From Bacteroidales bacterium (lineage in GTDB: Bacteria; Bacteroidota; Bacteroidia; Bacteroidales; P3), in assembly GCA_017550405.1 (NCBI GenBank), contig JAFZPH010000019.1, forward strand, positions 35,075 through 99,074: a stretch of 64,000 nucleotides of DNA. The letters run 5' to 3'. The translations under genes were made by a program, and so were the position numbers. This document shows, in pieces, positions 8,269-16,979 of the stretch. Each line of letters opens with the position of its first letter. Within the stretch, counting starts at the first letter, position 1. The notes below the pieces were generated by a model. It ran no database searches, was not told where the DNA came from, and worked only from the letters and a program-made list of their open reading frames with translations.

Positions 8269-9786
8269 ATGGCAAATCAAGAAGAATTCTTCAAAAAAGT
8301 AGTATCCCACGCCAAGGAATACGGTTTCATATTCCCCTCCAGCGAGATATACGACGGCCTCGCCGCCGTGTATGACTATGGCCAGCTGGGCACCGAACTC
8401 AAAAACAACATCAAGCAATACTGGTGGCGTGCCATGGTGCAGTACCACGAGAACATCGTCGGCATCGACTCCGCCATCTTCATGCACCCCCGCATCTGGA
8501 AAGCCTCCGGCCACGTGGATGCCTTCAACGACCCCCTGATTGACAACAAGGACTCCAAGAAACGCTATCGTGCCGATGTCCTCATCGAGGACCACATCGC
8601 CAAGATTGAGGAGAAGATAAACAAAGAGTGCGAGAAGGCGCACAAACGCTTCGGCGACGCCTTCGACCGTCAGCAGTTTGTCACCACCAACGCCCGTGTG
8701 CTGGAACACCAGAAACAGATTGACGAGATCCACGCCAAGTATGCCGAACTGATGAACGCCAACGACCTCGCCGGCCTCAAGCAGCTCATCCTCGACCTCG
8801 GCATTGTCTGTCCCGTCAGCGGCACCCGCAACTGGACCGATGTGCGCCAGTTCAACCTTATGTTCGCCACCAAGATGGGCTCCCTCATCGACGACAGCGA
8901 CACCCTTTATCTCCGTCCCGAAACGGCACAGGGCATCTTTGTCAACTTCCTCAACGTCCAGAAGTCCGGCCGCATGAAGATTCCCTTCGGCATTGCCCAG
9001 ATAGGCAAAGCCTTCCGCAACGAGATTGTCGCCCGCCAGTTCATCTTCCGCATGCGCGAATTCGAGCAGATGGAGATGCAGTTCTTCGTCCGTCCCGGCA
9101 CCGAGATGGAATGGTTCCGCTACTGGAAAGAGGAACGCCTCAAATGGCATCTTGCCATGGGTATCCCCGCCGAGAAGTACCGCTACCACGACCACGAGAA
9201 GCTGGCCCACTATGCCAACGCCGCCACCGACATCGAGTTCGAGTTCCCCTTCGGATTCAAGGAACTGGAGGGCATCCACAGCCGCACCGACTTCGACCTC
9301 AGCCGTCACAGCGAGTTCAGCGGCAAGAAGCTCCAGTATTTCGACTCCGAGCTCAACGAGAGCTATACTCCCTATGTCATCGAGACCTCTATCGGTGTCG
9401 ACCGTACCTTCCTCGCCATCTTCAGCCATGCGCTGAAGGACGAGACCCTCCCCGACGGTAGTGTCCGCACTGTCCTCAGCCTGCCCGCCATGCTGGCACC
9501 CTACAAAGCCGCCGTGCTGCCGTTGGTCAAAAAAGACGGTCTCCCCGAGAAAGCACGCGAGATTATGGACATGCTCAAACCCCACTACATGCTCCAGTAC
9601 GACGAGAAGGACGCCATCGGTCGCCGCTATCGCCGTCAGGATGCCATCGGTACCCCCTTCTGCATCACCGTGGACAACGACACCCTCAACGACAACAGTG
9701 TCACCGTCCGCAACCGCGACACCATGCAGCAGGAGCGCATCTCCATCGACAACCTCACTGCCTATCTCCACAACAACCTCAGATAA
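8269..9786 (+). CDS. glyQS: Glycine--tRNA ligase (homodimeric type)
   Basis: MANQEEFFKKVVSHAKEYGFIFPSSEIYDGLAAVYDYGQLG. 505 aa. Confidence 0.93.
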   Translation: MANQEEFFKKVVSHAKEYGFIFPSSEIYDGLAAVYDYGQLGTELKNNIKQYWWRAMVQYHENIVGIDSAIFMHPRIWKASGHVDAFNDPLIDNKDSKKRYRADVLIEDHIAKIEEKINKECEKAHKRFGDAFDRQQFVTTNARVLEHQKQIDEIHAKYAELMNANDLAGLKQLILDLGIVCPVSGTRNWTDVRQFNLMFATKMGSLIDDSDTLYLRPETAQGIFVNFLNVQKSGRMKIPFGIAQIGKAFRNEIVARQFIFRMREFEQMEMQFFVRPGTEMEWFRYWKEERLKWHLAMGIPAEKYRYHDHEKLAHYANAATDIEFEFPFGFKELEGIHSRTDFDLSRHSEFSGKKLQYFDSELNESYTPYVIETSIGVDRTFLAIFSHALKDETLPDGSVRTVLSLPAMLAPYKAAVLPLVKKDGLPEKAREIMDMLKPHYMLQYDEKDAIGRRYRRQDAIGTPFCITVDNDTLNDNSVTVRNRDTMQQERISIDNLTAYLHNNLR

Positions 9787-9797
9787 TCCATTTCCCA

Positions 9798-9862
9798 GGG
9801 GCAAAAACAGGTGCAGGCTCTACCCATCCGCAACCTTGCAGCTGTCTTTGCCCCTTTATTTT
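9798..9862 (+). terminator. Probable terminator after glyQS
   Basis: GGGGCAAA (9798-9805) pairs with TTTGCCCC (9847-9854), with an inner imperfect stem, followed by TTTATTTT. Confidence 0.5.
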
Positions 9863-9873
9863 AAGAAAACACC

Positions 9874-10743
9874 ATGAATAAACAACTCTCTCGCTATCTT
9901 ATCATTTACACTATTGCGCAACTCTTTGTCCTCATCATTGCCGCAATCTATCCTTTTTTTCAAAGCAATGTCAACATGAGTCCACGGTTTCACATCGCAT
10001 GCCGCACTCTCCTTGACTACATCCCCGGTATCATCCTCGCCGGATTTCTACTAAACGACATGTCACATACCGGCCGTGTAAATCAATTCTCACTGATTCT
10101 CACATTATTTGGTGGAATGGCAGGATTGCTCATGCACCTCAGCCAACTGCCGATTGTCCGCAGATACGGCAGCATAATCATCATTTATTCCATACTTCTA
10201 ATCGTTTTTTCCATATTCTTCCCATCTTTGCTCAGCGCATTGTCATACATCTTTTATGCCGTTGTCCTAGTCTCCGTTATCTACGACCTGTGGCACATCC
10301 GACTGCCCCGATGCCGCCAGACCTTTTGGCTGCAGGCAATCATCATCATCCTCTCCATCGCCCACCCCTCGACAGCCATGCTATCGATCTTCCTCCTCTC
10401 TCTTCCCGCCGCACTCCCCTCCGAGCGGATAAAACCCATGCTCAAATACCTCGTTCCCATCGTTATCTTCACTTTTACCTATAGAATCTGCCTCTCACTT
10501 CCTGGACTTCCGGTTTCCATCTTCACCCCCACAATCCTGTCCCTTATCCTGTTCTGCATCGTCGTCGTAATGCTCTACCGCGATGCCCCGCGTACCCGGC
10601 TGCCGCGACTCTGGCTCTGTGCCTCAGCCATCGGCTCTGCACCCGTCGCTGCCATGTGCTTCCTTTTCGCACGCCTGGACCGCGAAAATGAAGAATTACC
10701 CAACACAGAAAACACTATTTCAAACACAATACAACAGCAATAA
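9874..10743 (+). CDS. Hypothetical multi-pass membrane protein
   Basis: 289 aa with about 8 hydrophobic segments. I recognise no motif. Confidence 0.6.
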   Translation: MNKQLSRYLIIYTIAQLFVLIIAAIYPFFQSNVNMSPRFHIACRTLLDYIPGIILAGFLLNDMSHTGRVNQFSLILTLFGGMAGLLMHLSQLPIVRRYGSIIIIYSILLIVFSIFFPSLLSALSYIFYAVVLVSVIYDLWHIRLPRCRQTFWLQAIIIILSIAHPSTAMLSIFLLSLPAALPSERIKPMLKYLVPIVIFTFTYRICLSLPGLPVSIFTPTILSLILFCIVVVMLYRDAPRTRLPRLWLCASAIGSAPVAAMCFLFARLDRENEELPNTENTISNTIQQQ

Positions 10744-13649
10744 TGAAAAGATTGATTCTATTCTGCATGGCCTTGTGTGCCATGCTCGCCCTCTCGGCAC
10801 AGCACAAACTGCCTATCCAGACTTTCCACCTCGACAATGGACTGAAAGTCATCCTTTGCGAGGAGCATAGCCAGCCCAAAATCTACGGCTGTGTGGTGGT
10901 TCATGCAGGCAGCAAGAACGAAAACCCCAACGCCACGGGTGTGGCCCACTATTTCGAACACATCATGTTCAAGGGCACCGACCGTATCGGAACTATCGAC
11001 TGGGAAAAGGAGAAGCCATATCTCGACAGCATAAGCCAGGCTTACGACCGTCTCCAGGCCGCCAAGGACGACCAGGAACGGCACGACATCCAGCTCGAGA
11101 TTAACCGTCTCAGCATTGCCGCCTCGCAGTACGCCATCCCCAACGAGGTCGACGCCATCCTGCAGAATATGGGCTGCACAGGTCTCAACGCCGGCACTTC
11201 CTACGACTATACCGTCTACTACAACACCCTCCCCTCCAACCAGCTCCTCAACTGGATGGATGTGTATGTCGAGCGTTTCCGCAATCCCGTCTTCCGACTC
11301 TTCCAGAGCGAACTCGAGACCATCTACGAGGAGAAGAACCGTAGCGACAACAGGCTTGCGCAGAAGTTTGCCCTCAACGTGCTCACCGAGTCCTACGGCG
11401 ACCACCCTTACAGCCGTCAGGTCATCGGCTATGCCAAGCACCTCAAGAATCCACAGCCCAGCGAGATGCAGAAGTTCTTCGACACCTACTATGTGGCCAA
11501 CAATATGACGCTCATCCTTGTGGGCGACTTCAAAACCGCCGAAGTCAAGCGGCTTGTAAAAGATAAATTCAGTGTGTGGCGCAGCGGCAAAGTGCCCGAA
11601 ATGCCCGCCTACAATCTGCCCGACTTCGCCAAGCAGAAAGTACTCAATGTCCGACAGACCCCCATCAAGATGGGTATGATGATTTTCCCCGGTGTGCCCA
11701 AGAACCACCCCGACAAGCTGGCCCTCGACATGTTCAGTGAAATCCTCGGCAGCAATACCGGCCTCCTCACCCAAGCAGCCATCGACGGACGCCTCCTCAT
11801 GGCCTTGAACATGGATGTATCGCTCAATGACGCCGGTACCAACACCATCCTCTATATCCCCAATCTCCTTTTCCAAAGCCATGCCAAGGCCGAGCAGGTT
11901 ATCTGGGACTGCATCGACAGCATCAAGCAAGGCCGTTTCAGCGACGACATCATGGAAGGTATCAAAGTGCAGTCCTATATCGAACGCCAGCAGAAGCTCG
12001 AGAGCATCTCGAAAATCTCCGCCCTCCTCCTCACGCTCGAGACCGAAGGAAGCAGCTACGAGCAATGGGTCAACGACGGCAAACGTTGGTCCACCCTTAC
12101 CCGCGAGGATGTCATAGCCGTGGCCAACAAGTACTTCGACCGCGACCACTGCACCCTCGTACGCTCCAAGATGGGGTTCCCCTCCGGCGAACCCGCCGTC
12201 AAGCCCGACTGGGAGCACCTCGAACCCGCCAACAAGGGAGCCCAGTCCTCCTTCGCCCGCATGATTGCCATCACCCAGCCCGACCCCATCAAGCCGCAAG
12301 TCATCGACTTCAAGAAAGACCTCGACATCCAACCCGTCAACCCCCACTTCAACCTCTACAGCACCCAGAATCCCTACAACGACATCTTCGAACTGGAAAT
12401 CACTTACAACTATGGCATCATCGACAACCCCGACATCAACCGCGCCATCGGCTATATGGAATTGCTCGGTGCCGACAGCCTCAAATACCAGCAGCTCCAA
12501 CAGCAGCTCAACCTCTTAGGTGGGTCCTTCACCCTTTTCAGCAACGATGACAATTCAAACCTGACCATCACCGGACTCGAGAGCAACCTCGACAGCATCC
12601 TCTCCCTCTGCCGGCACTGGCTCTACCATCCCCGCCACGATGCCCGTCAGCTCGAGAAGATGCTCGACGGACTCAAATCCAACAAGAGAAGCGTGAAGAA
12701 CGATGCCGACAGCTGGTCGAAAGCCCTCAGAGAATATGTGCTCTACGGCGACCAATCCGAATACCTGCGCGAAACACCATACAAACAATGGGGCAAACGT
12801 ACGGGCGAAGAACTCCATGCCGAAGTGTTGCAAATCCTCACCCGCAATGGCTACGTCACCTTCTCGGGCAATACCGACCCCTCCACCCTTGCCGACAAGC
12901 TGCGCCATTACGGACTTGTCCGCGACAGCGTCACCGACATGCGTCCCCGCGAATTTAGGCAGAAAGACTACTCCACCCCTCAGTTCTTCTATGCCACCAA
13001 CAAAAAGTTCCTCCAGTCCAATATCGACATCTATGTTCCCAGCATCTATCTGGACACCAACATCATCACCAGCGACGGCTCGCCTAGCGACCGTGCCTCC
13101 AGAATGCTCTTCAACGAATACTTCGGCTCGGGCATGAACAGCATCATGTTCCAGGAGATACGCGAATTCCGCTCCCTTGGCTACAGCACCAGGGCTTATG
13201 TGTCCTCCTCCCTCCTCCGCCTCAACCCCATCTACACCTACGCCTACCTCGGCACCCAGTGCGACAAGACACAGGAAGGTGTCGAAGCCATTCGCGACCT
13301 CCTCGTCACCTTCCCCGAACGCCCCGAGAAGATACAACCCGCCATCCAGCAGGAGGTCAGCTCAAGCAACAGCAACTACCTCACCTTCCGCCGTATTCCC
13401 GGCATGGTACAGTACTGGAAGGAAGATCTTGGCTGGCATCGCGACTTCCGTGCCGACCTCACCGAACAAATCTCACGCCTCACCATCGACGACCTTCGTG
13501 CCTTCCACAACAAATACATCAAAGGTCGCCCGCTGGTCGTTGTCGTCTCCGGAAATGCCAAGAAGTTCGACCCCAAGGCCGTCGCCAACCTCCTAGGCCC
13601 CGACGTCAAACCCATCAAAGTCGACTTCGACCAGATGTTCCGCTTCTGA
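10743..13649 (+). CDS. M16-family (insulinase/pitrilysin-like) zinc peptidase, secreted
   Basis: Signal peptide MKRLILFCMALCAMLALSAQ and the inverted zinc motif HYFEHIMFKG (HxxEH). 968 aa, a double M16 unit. Confidence 0.88.
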   Translation: MKRLILFCMALCAMLALSAQHKLPIQTFHLDNGLKVILCEEHSQPKIYGCVVVHAGSKNENPNATGVAHYFEHIMFKGTDRIGTIDWEKEKPYLDSISQAYDRLQAAKDDQERHDIQLEINRLSIAASQYAIPNEVDAILQNMGCTGLNAGTSYDYTVYYNTLPSNQLLNWMDVYVERFRNPVFRLFQSELETIYEEKNRSDNRLAQKFALNVLTESYGDHPYSRQVIGYAKHLKNPQPSEMQKFFDTYYVANNMTLILVGDFKTAEVKRLVKDKFSVWRSGKVPEMPAYNLPDFAKQKVLNVRQTPIKMGMMIFPGVPKNHPDKLALDMFSEILGSNTGLLTQAAIDGRLLMALNMDVSLNDAGTNTILYIPNLLFQSHAKAEQVIWDCIDSIKQGRFSDDIMEGIKVQSYIERQQKLESISKISALLLTLETEGSSYEQWVNDGKRWSTLTREDVIAVANKYFDRDHCTLVRSKMGFPSGEPAVKPDWEHLEPANKGAQSSFARMIAITQPDPIKPQVIDFKKDLDIQPVNPHFNLYSTQNPYNDIFELEITYNYGIIDNPDINRAIGYMELLGADSLKYQQLQQQLNLLGGSFTLFSNDDNSNLTITGLESNLDSILSLCRHWLYHPRHDARQLEKMLDGLKSNKRSVKNDADSWSKALREYVLYGDQSEYLRETPYKQWGKRTGEELHAEVLQILTRNGYVTFSGNTDPSTLADKLRHYGLVRDSVTDMRPREFRQKDYSTPQFFYATNKKFLQSNIDIYVPSIYLDTNIITSDGSPSDRASRMLFNEYFGSGMNSIMFQEIREFRSLGYSTRAYVSSSLLRLNPIYTYAYLGTQCDKTQEGVEAIRDLLVTFPERPEKIQPAIQQEVSSSNSNYLTFRRIPGMVQYWKEDLGWHRDFRADLTEQISRLTIDDLRAFHNKYIKGRPLVVVVSGNAKKFDPKAVANLLGPDVKPIKVDFDQMFRF

Positions 13650-13675
13650 CGCCATCCGTGGAACCCATACCGAAA

Positions 13676-13718
13676 TGTGTGATTGTGAAGGCCTCCCCGA
13701 CACAATCACACATTTTTT
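13676..13718 (+). terminator. Intrinsic terminator of the M16 peptidase gene
   Basis: TGTGTGATTGTG pairs with CACAATCACACA, followed by TTTTTT. Confidence 0.75.
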
Positions 13719-13811
13719 ATCCCAAATCGGTCATTAGGAAACCGAAAACGGAGTACCTGTCGAATCTTGCAATACATTGGGGATAGCCCTGCCCCGGAGG
13801 GGCTTTCGTTT

Positions 13812-14080
13812 AACCCAAATCGGTCATTAGGGTTTATGGCAGATTAGTATTTGTTTCGAGCAGATTGGCCGCATCGCTGTCGAACGTTGCGTAAAGCGAG
13901 AGCAGAGAAAGCTTGCTTGCTCTGCCGAGCCACAACAACGTCAACGAAGTTAAGGCGTAGCGGGCTACGGCGAGACAGGGATGTGGACAAGATGCCGAAA
14001 GAAATGCTGATATGGCATAAACAGACCAGAAAAAAAGAGAGATTGATTGAAAAGTCGGTCTAATGACCGATTTGGGTTTA
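13812..14080 (-). repeat. MITE-like element (~270 bp) with ~20-bp terminal inverted repeats AAACCCAAATCGGTCATTAG
   Basis: AACCCAAATCGGTCATTAGGG (13812-13832) is inverted at CTAATGACCGATTTGGGTTTA (14060-14080). The interior is homologous, in reverse complement, to 30841-31010. Confidence 0.65.
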
Positions 14081-14945
14081 ATAGCATATCACGTTGTTGT
14101 ACAGATATATTCTCCGTAGGAGATCTCGAATAGGTATATTCCAATGACCGATTTGGGTTTATTTGACAAAGACTAAAGTGTGCCGGAGGCACACCATCTC
14201 AATAACCCCACACTAAACACCGAAGGTGAGCAGTGTGGGGTAACGGTGACCCATCCCAATGCGTGTCGAAGACACGCCACCTCGTATCGATTAACAAGGT
14301 GGCGTACCACCGACAAGCAGAATATGCGTGTTAAAGTGTAAATCGATTTACGAATTAACACATTCACGAAATAATTGTTATATATAGGTGAGTATGCAAC
14401 GCGACGACCCCCCCGCATTATCACTCCCTTACGTCCTTCAAACCGGCATCCTTATTCTATCGTTCCTCCCTCGTTTCCTGTAATGATGAAAGATAACGAG
14501 CCTGTAACGATACTATCAGGATGCTAGATTGAACGGCCCCAGTGAGTCCCAGCGCCAACTCCAGGCTCGATGCCACATCGATAGAAACAATCGAGCAACA
14601 GATAATCAACCGAGAACAGAAAGATAAGCTGCTCCGACAGATAGAAGCCATCGAGAAGAAATGCCGGTTGGAGAAACAGACGCACAAGAAATATGAATTG
14701 CACCAGGAGGTTGTAAGGTTGAAATAAATATTAAGCATGTTTAAATATGCTTAATGTATATTTTCATAATAACATATTCATAATAAATCAGTTACATATA
14801 TATTCTAATTTTAAAAATGTGGTTTAGAACGGTGATTATCACGAATGGATATAAAAAAATAGGTTCAATTTACCCATTGGATAAATATTAAGCACATAAA
14901 AATGTGTTTGATATTTAAAAAAGATGCATATTAGATTATTTTTCG

Positions 14946-14953
14946 TATATTTG
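14946..14953 (+). promoter_or_regulatory. -7 box for the COG1373-type ATPase gene
   Basis: TATATTTG lies 19 nt upstream of the ATG at 14972. Confidence 0.5.
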
Positions 14954-14971
14954 TGGCCTAAAATATACAAT

Positions 14972-16432
14972 ATGTTAAGTAGTGAATTAATTGAGAAACA
15001 GATTATAGGGCGGCTCCGCGTTGACAATCCATGGTGGACAGAAAATGAGGTTCCAAGGTATTATTCCGATATGCATCCTCGTTTATATCTCGACATCTTT
15101 TATCCTCTTGTAGTTGATACCGAGATACGGCGAGCAATTATCTTGATGGGCCCGCGGCGCGTTGGCAAGACAGTCATGTTGTACCATACCATTCAAAAAC
15201 TAATTGCCGACGGTGTATCCCCACGGAACATCATCTATATATCTGTAGAGACACCCATCTACAACAAGATATTGCTGGAACACTTGTTCAACCTCGCCAA
15301 GCAGGCTTTGGGGAAAGCAGATAGCAGAGAACAATTTTTTGTGTTTTTCGACGAGATACAATATTTGAAAGACTGGGAGATAAACCTGAAATCCTTGGTG
15401 GACACTTACCGTAACATAAAATTCATAGCTTCTGGCTCTGCTGCTGCAGAACTAAAGAAGAGAAGCAATGAAAGCGGTGCAGGCCGCTTCACCGATTTCA
15501 ACCTTCCGCCACTCACGTTCTATGAATACATACACCTGAAAGATTACGGCCAACTGATGCATCCAGTCATGATGGAATGGTATTCTGGACATGTCCCTTG
15601 CAGCACAACTATTGACATCGCAAAGCTCAATAAGCTTTTTATCGACTATATCAACTATGGCGGTTACCCCGAGGTGGTGTTCTCCGAACGCATACAAGAA
15701 AACCCGGGACAATTCATCAGGCACGATATTATCGACAAGGTTCTTCTACGAGATTTGCCGAGTCTGTATGGAATCACCGATGTGCAGGAGTTGAACTCCT
15801 TGTTCACCATGATTGCTTATCACTCTGGCTCCCAGTTCTCATTTGAAGGATTGTCTCGCGATTCTGGCGTGAAGAAAGAAACGCTTCGCAAATATATTCA
15901 ATATCTGGAAGCAGCATTTTTGGTAAAAAAGATTCGCAGGGCTGACGATACGGCCAAGGCGTACAAACGGGAGATGCTGTTCAAGCTATACCTGACCAAC
16001 CCCTCGTTGCGCTGTGCTCTCTTCCAACCCATCGACGAGAACGACGATGCCTTGGGGAATATGGTTGAAACAGCTGTCTACGCCCAATGGATTCCACGAG
16101 ACGCTAATATCGCTTATGCCAACTGGAACGAAGGAAACAAAAAACAAGGCGAGGTGGACATTGTCGGCATCAACGAAGCAAGACAGAAACCTGACTGGGC
16201 TGTCGAGGTGAAGTGGACCGACAAGCCTTTTGCAAATCCCTCATCGGAATTGAAATCGTTGGAAACATTCATGAAAACCAACGGCCTCACCCATGCACTC
16301 GTCACCACCATATCAGAGACAGGCAAAAAAGATATGCCGTACGGCTGCCTACAGTTTATGCCCGTGGCCTGCTACGCCTATACGGTTGGCGAAAACACAT
16401 TGAAAGCAACAAAGATGACTTATGGATTGTAA
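14972..16432 (+). CDS. AAA+ ATPase with a DUF4143-type C-terminal domain (COG1373 family)
   Basis: Walker A GPRRVGKT and Walker B FFVFFDEIQYL. The C-terminal GEVDIVG...AVEVKW resembles a PD-(D/E)xK signature. Confidence 0.75.
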   Translation: MLSSELIEKQIIGRLRVDNPWWTENEVPRYYSDMHPRLYLDIFYPLVVDTEIRRAIILMGPRRVGKTVMLYHTIQKLIADGVSPRNIIYISVETPIYNKILLEHLFNLAKQALGKADSREQFFVFFDEIQYLKDWEINLKSLVDTYRNIKFIASGSAAAELKKRSNESGAGRFTDFNLPPLTFYEYIHLKDYGQLMHPVMMEWYSGHVPCSTTIDIAKLNKLFIDYINYGGYPEVVFSERIQENPGQFIRHDIIDKVLLRDLPSLYGITDVQELNSLFTMIAYHSGSQFSFEGLSRDSGVKKETLRKYIQYLEAAFLVKKIRRADDTAKAYKREMLFKLYLTNPSLRCALFQPIDENDDALGNMVETAVYAQWIPRDANIAYANWNEGNKKQGEVDIVGINEARQKPDWAVEVKWTDKPFANPSSELKSLETFMKTNGLTHALVTTISETGKKDMPYGCLQFMPVACYAYTVGENTLKATKMTYGL

Positions 16433-16651
16433 AATGTAGATACCTAAAATGTAGACCTCATGCTAGAAGATGCAATCCGAACCCTTGAAGGTTGGAATCG
16501 ATTTAAGACGACAAACAGAGGAATGGCGGTAGGGCCGTGATAATTCCTTTAACCCAAAAATGACAAGAATGAATGAGAAGTCGGCCTGATGACCGATTTG
16601 GTTTTTTTAGCCGATGAGCGTATCTATGTCGGAGAATTGAAAAAAAATGTG

Positions 16652-16659
16652 TATCTTTG
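16652..16659 (+). promoter_or_regulatory. -7 box about 320 nt upstream of the helicase start
   Basis: TATCTTTG, followed directly by the small hairpin CCCGTGG/CCACGGG. Confidence 0.45.
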
Positions 16660-16821
16660 CAACGTCAAACCCCGTGGCCACCACGGGTCAGGCAAGCAAC
16701 AAAAAAGTGTAAAACAACAAACAAATTAACAACATAGAGAAAAGGAACTAACGTAAACAACGACATATTGACATAAAGCATTTTTTGCTTTTCAAGTGGA
16801 TGGAAATCTGGACAATTTCCT

Positions 16822-16887
16822 CTGTATTACACGAGAAAGCAGAAATGCTCACGGTATTATCCGTGGGCTTTCTCGTTTGTAATACAG
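16822..16887 (+). other. Long hairpin in the putative 5' leader of the helicase operon
   Basis: CTGTATTACACGAGAAAGC pairs with GCTTTCTCGTTTGTAATACAG (19 bp with a 2-nt bulge). An inner CACGG/CCGTG stem sits in the loop. Confidence 0.6.
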
Positions 16888-16979
16888 GCAGTCCAGAGCC
16901 TCCATCCAGACAGAAGTCCGCGGATTTTTTCATTGGTGGTGTTTTGAAAGGCAAAAAGCGAAAGAACCTTTCAGACATC

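Noticed and set aside
8254-9804. A 516-aa ORF antisense to glyQS. Similar long antisense ORFs occur at 3987-4895, 5442-6131, 7499-8275, 10758-12500, 12555-13337, 16971-17975, 33416-34483, 34599-35465, 43024-43740, 44240-45499, 45602-46282, 56128-57336, 58604-59398 and 59685-60686.
   Set aside because: These are shadow ORFs, typical of high-GC3 coding regions. Their translations are repetitive and rich in G/V/A/D/E/L with no motifs, and each lies opposite a confidently identified gene.
14457-14738. Small overlapping ORFs: 14542-14727 (+), a 61-aa coiled-coil-like ORF with a GTG start, and 14457-14738 (-).
   Set aside because: Neither has a promoter box or recognisable motif. The minus-strand ORF is Cys/Ser-rich nonsense. 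The plus-strand ORF could be a gene fragment, but there is not enough support to call it.
16785-16979. N-terminal extension of the helicase ORF (MLFKWMEIW...).
   Set aside because: The sequence is not protein-like, overlaps a 19-bp hairpin, and the conserved PLD domain begins right after the ATG at 16980.
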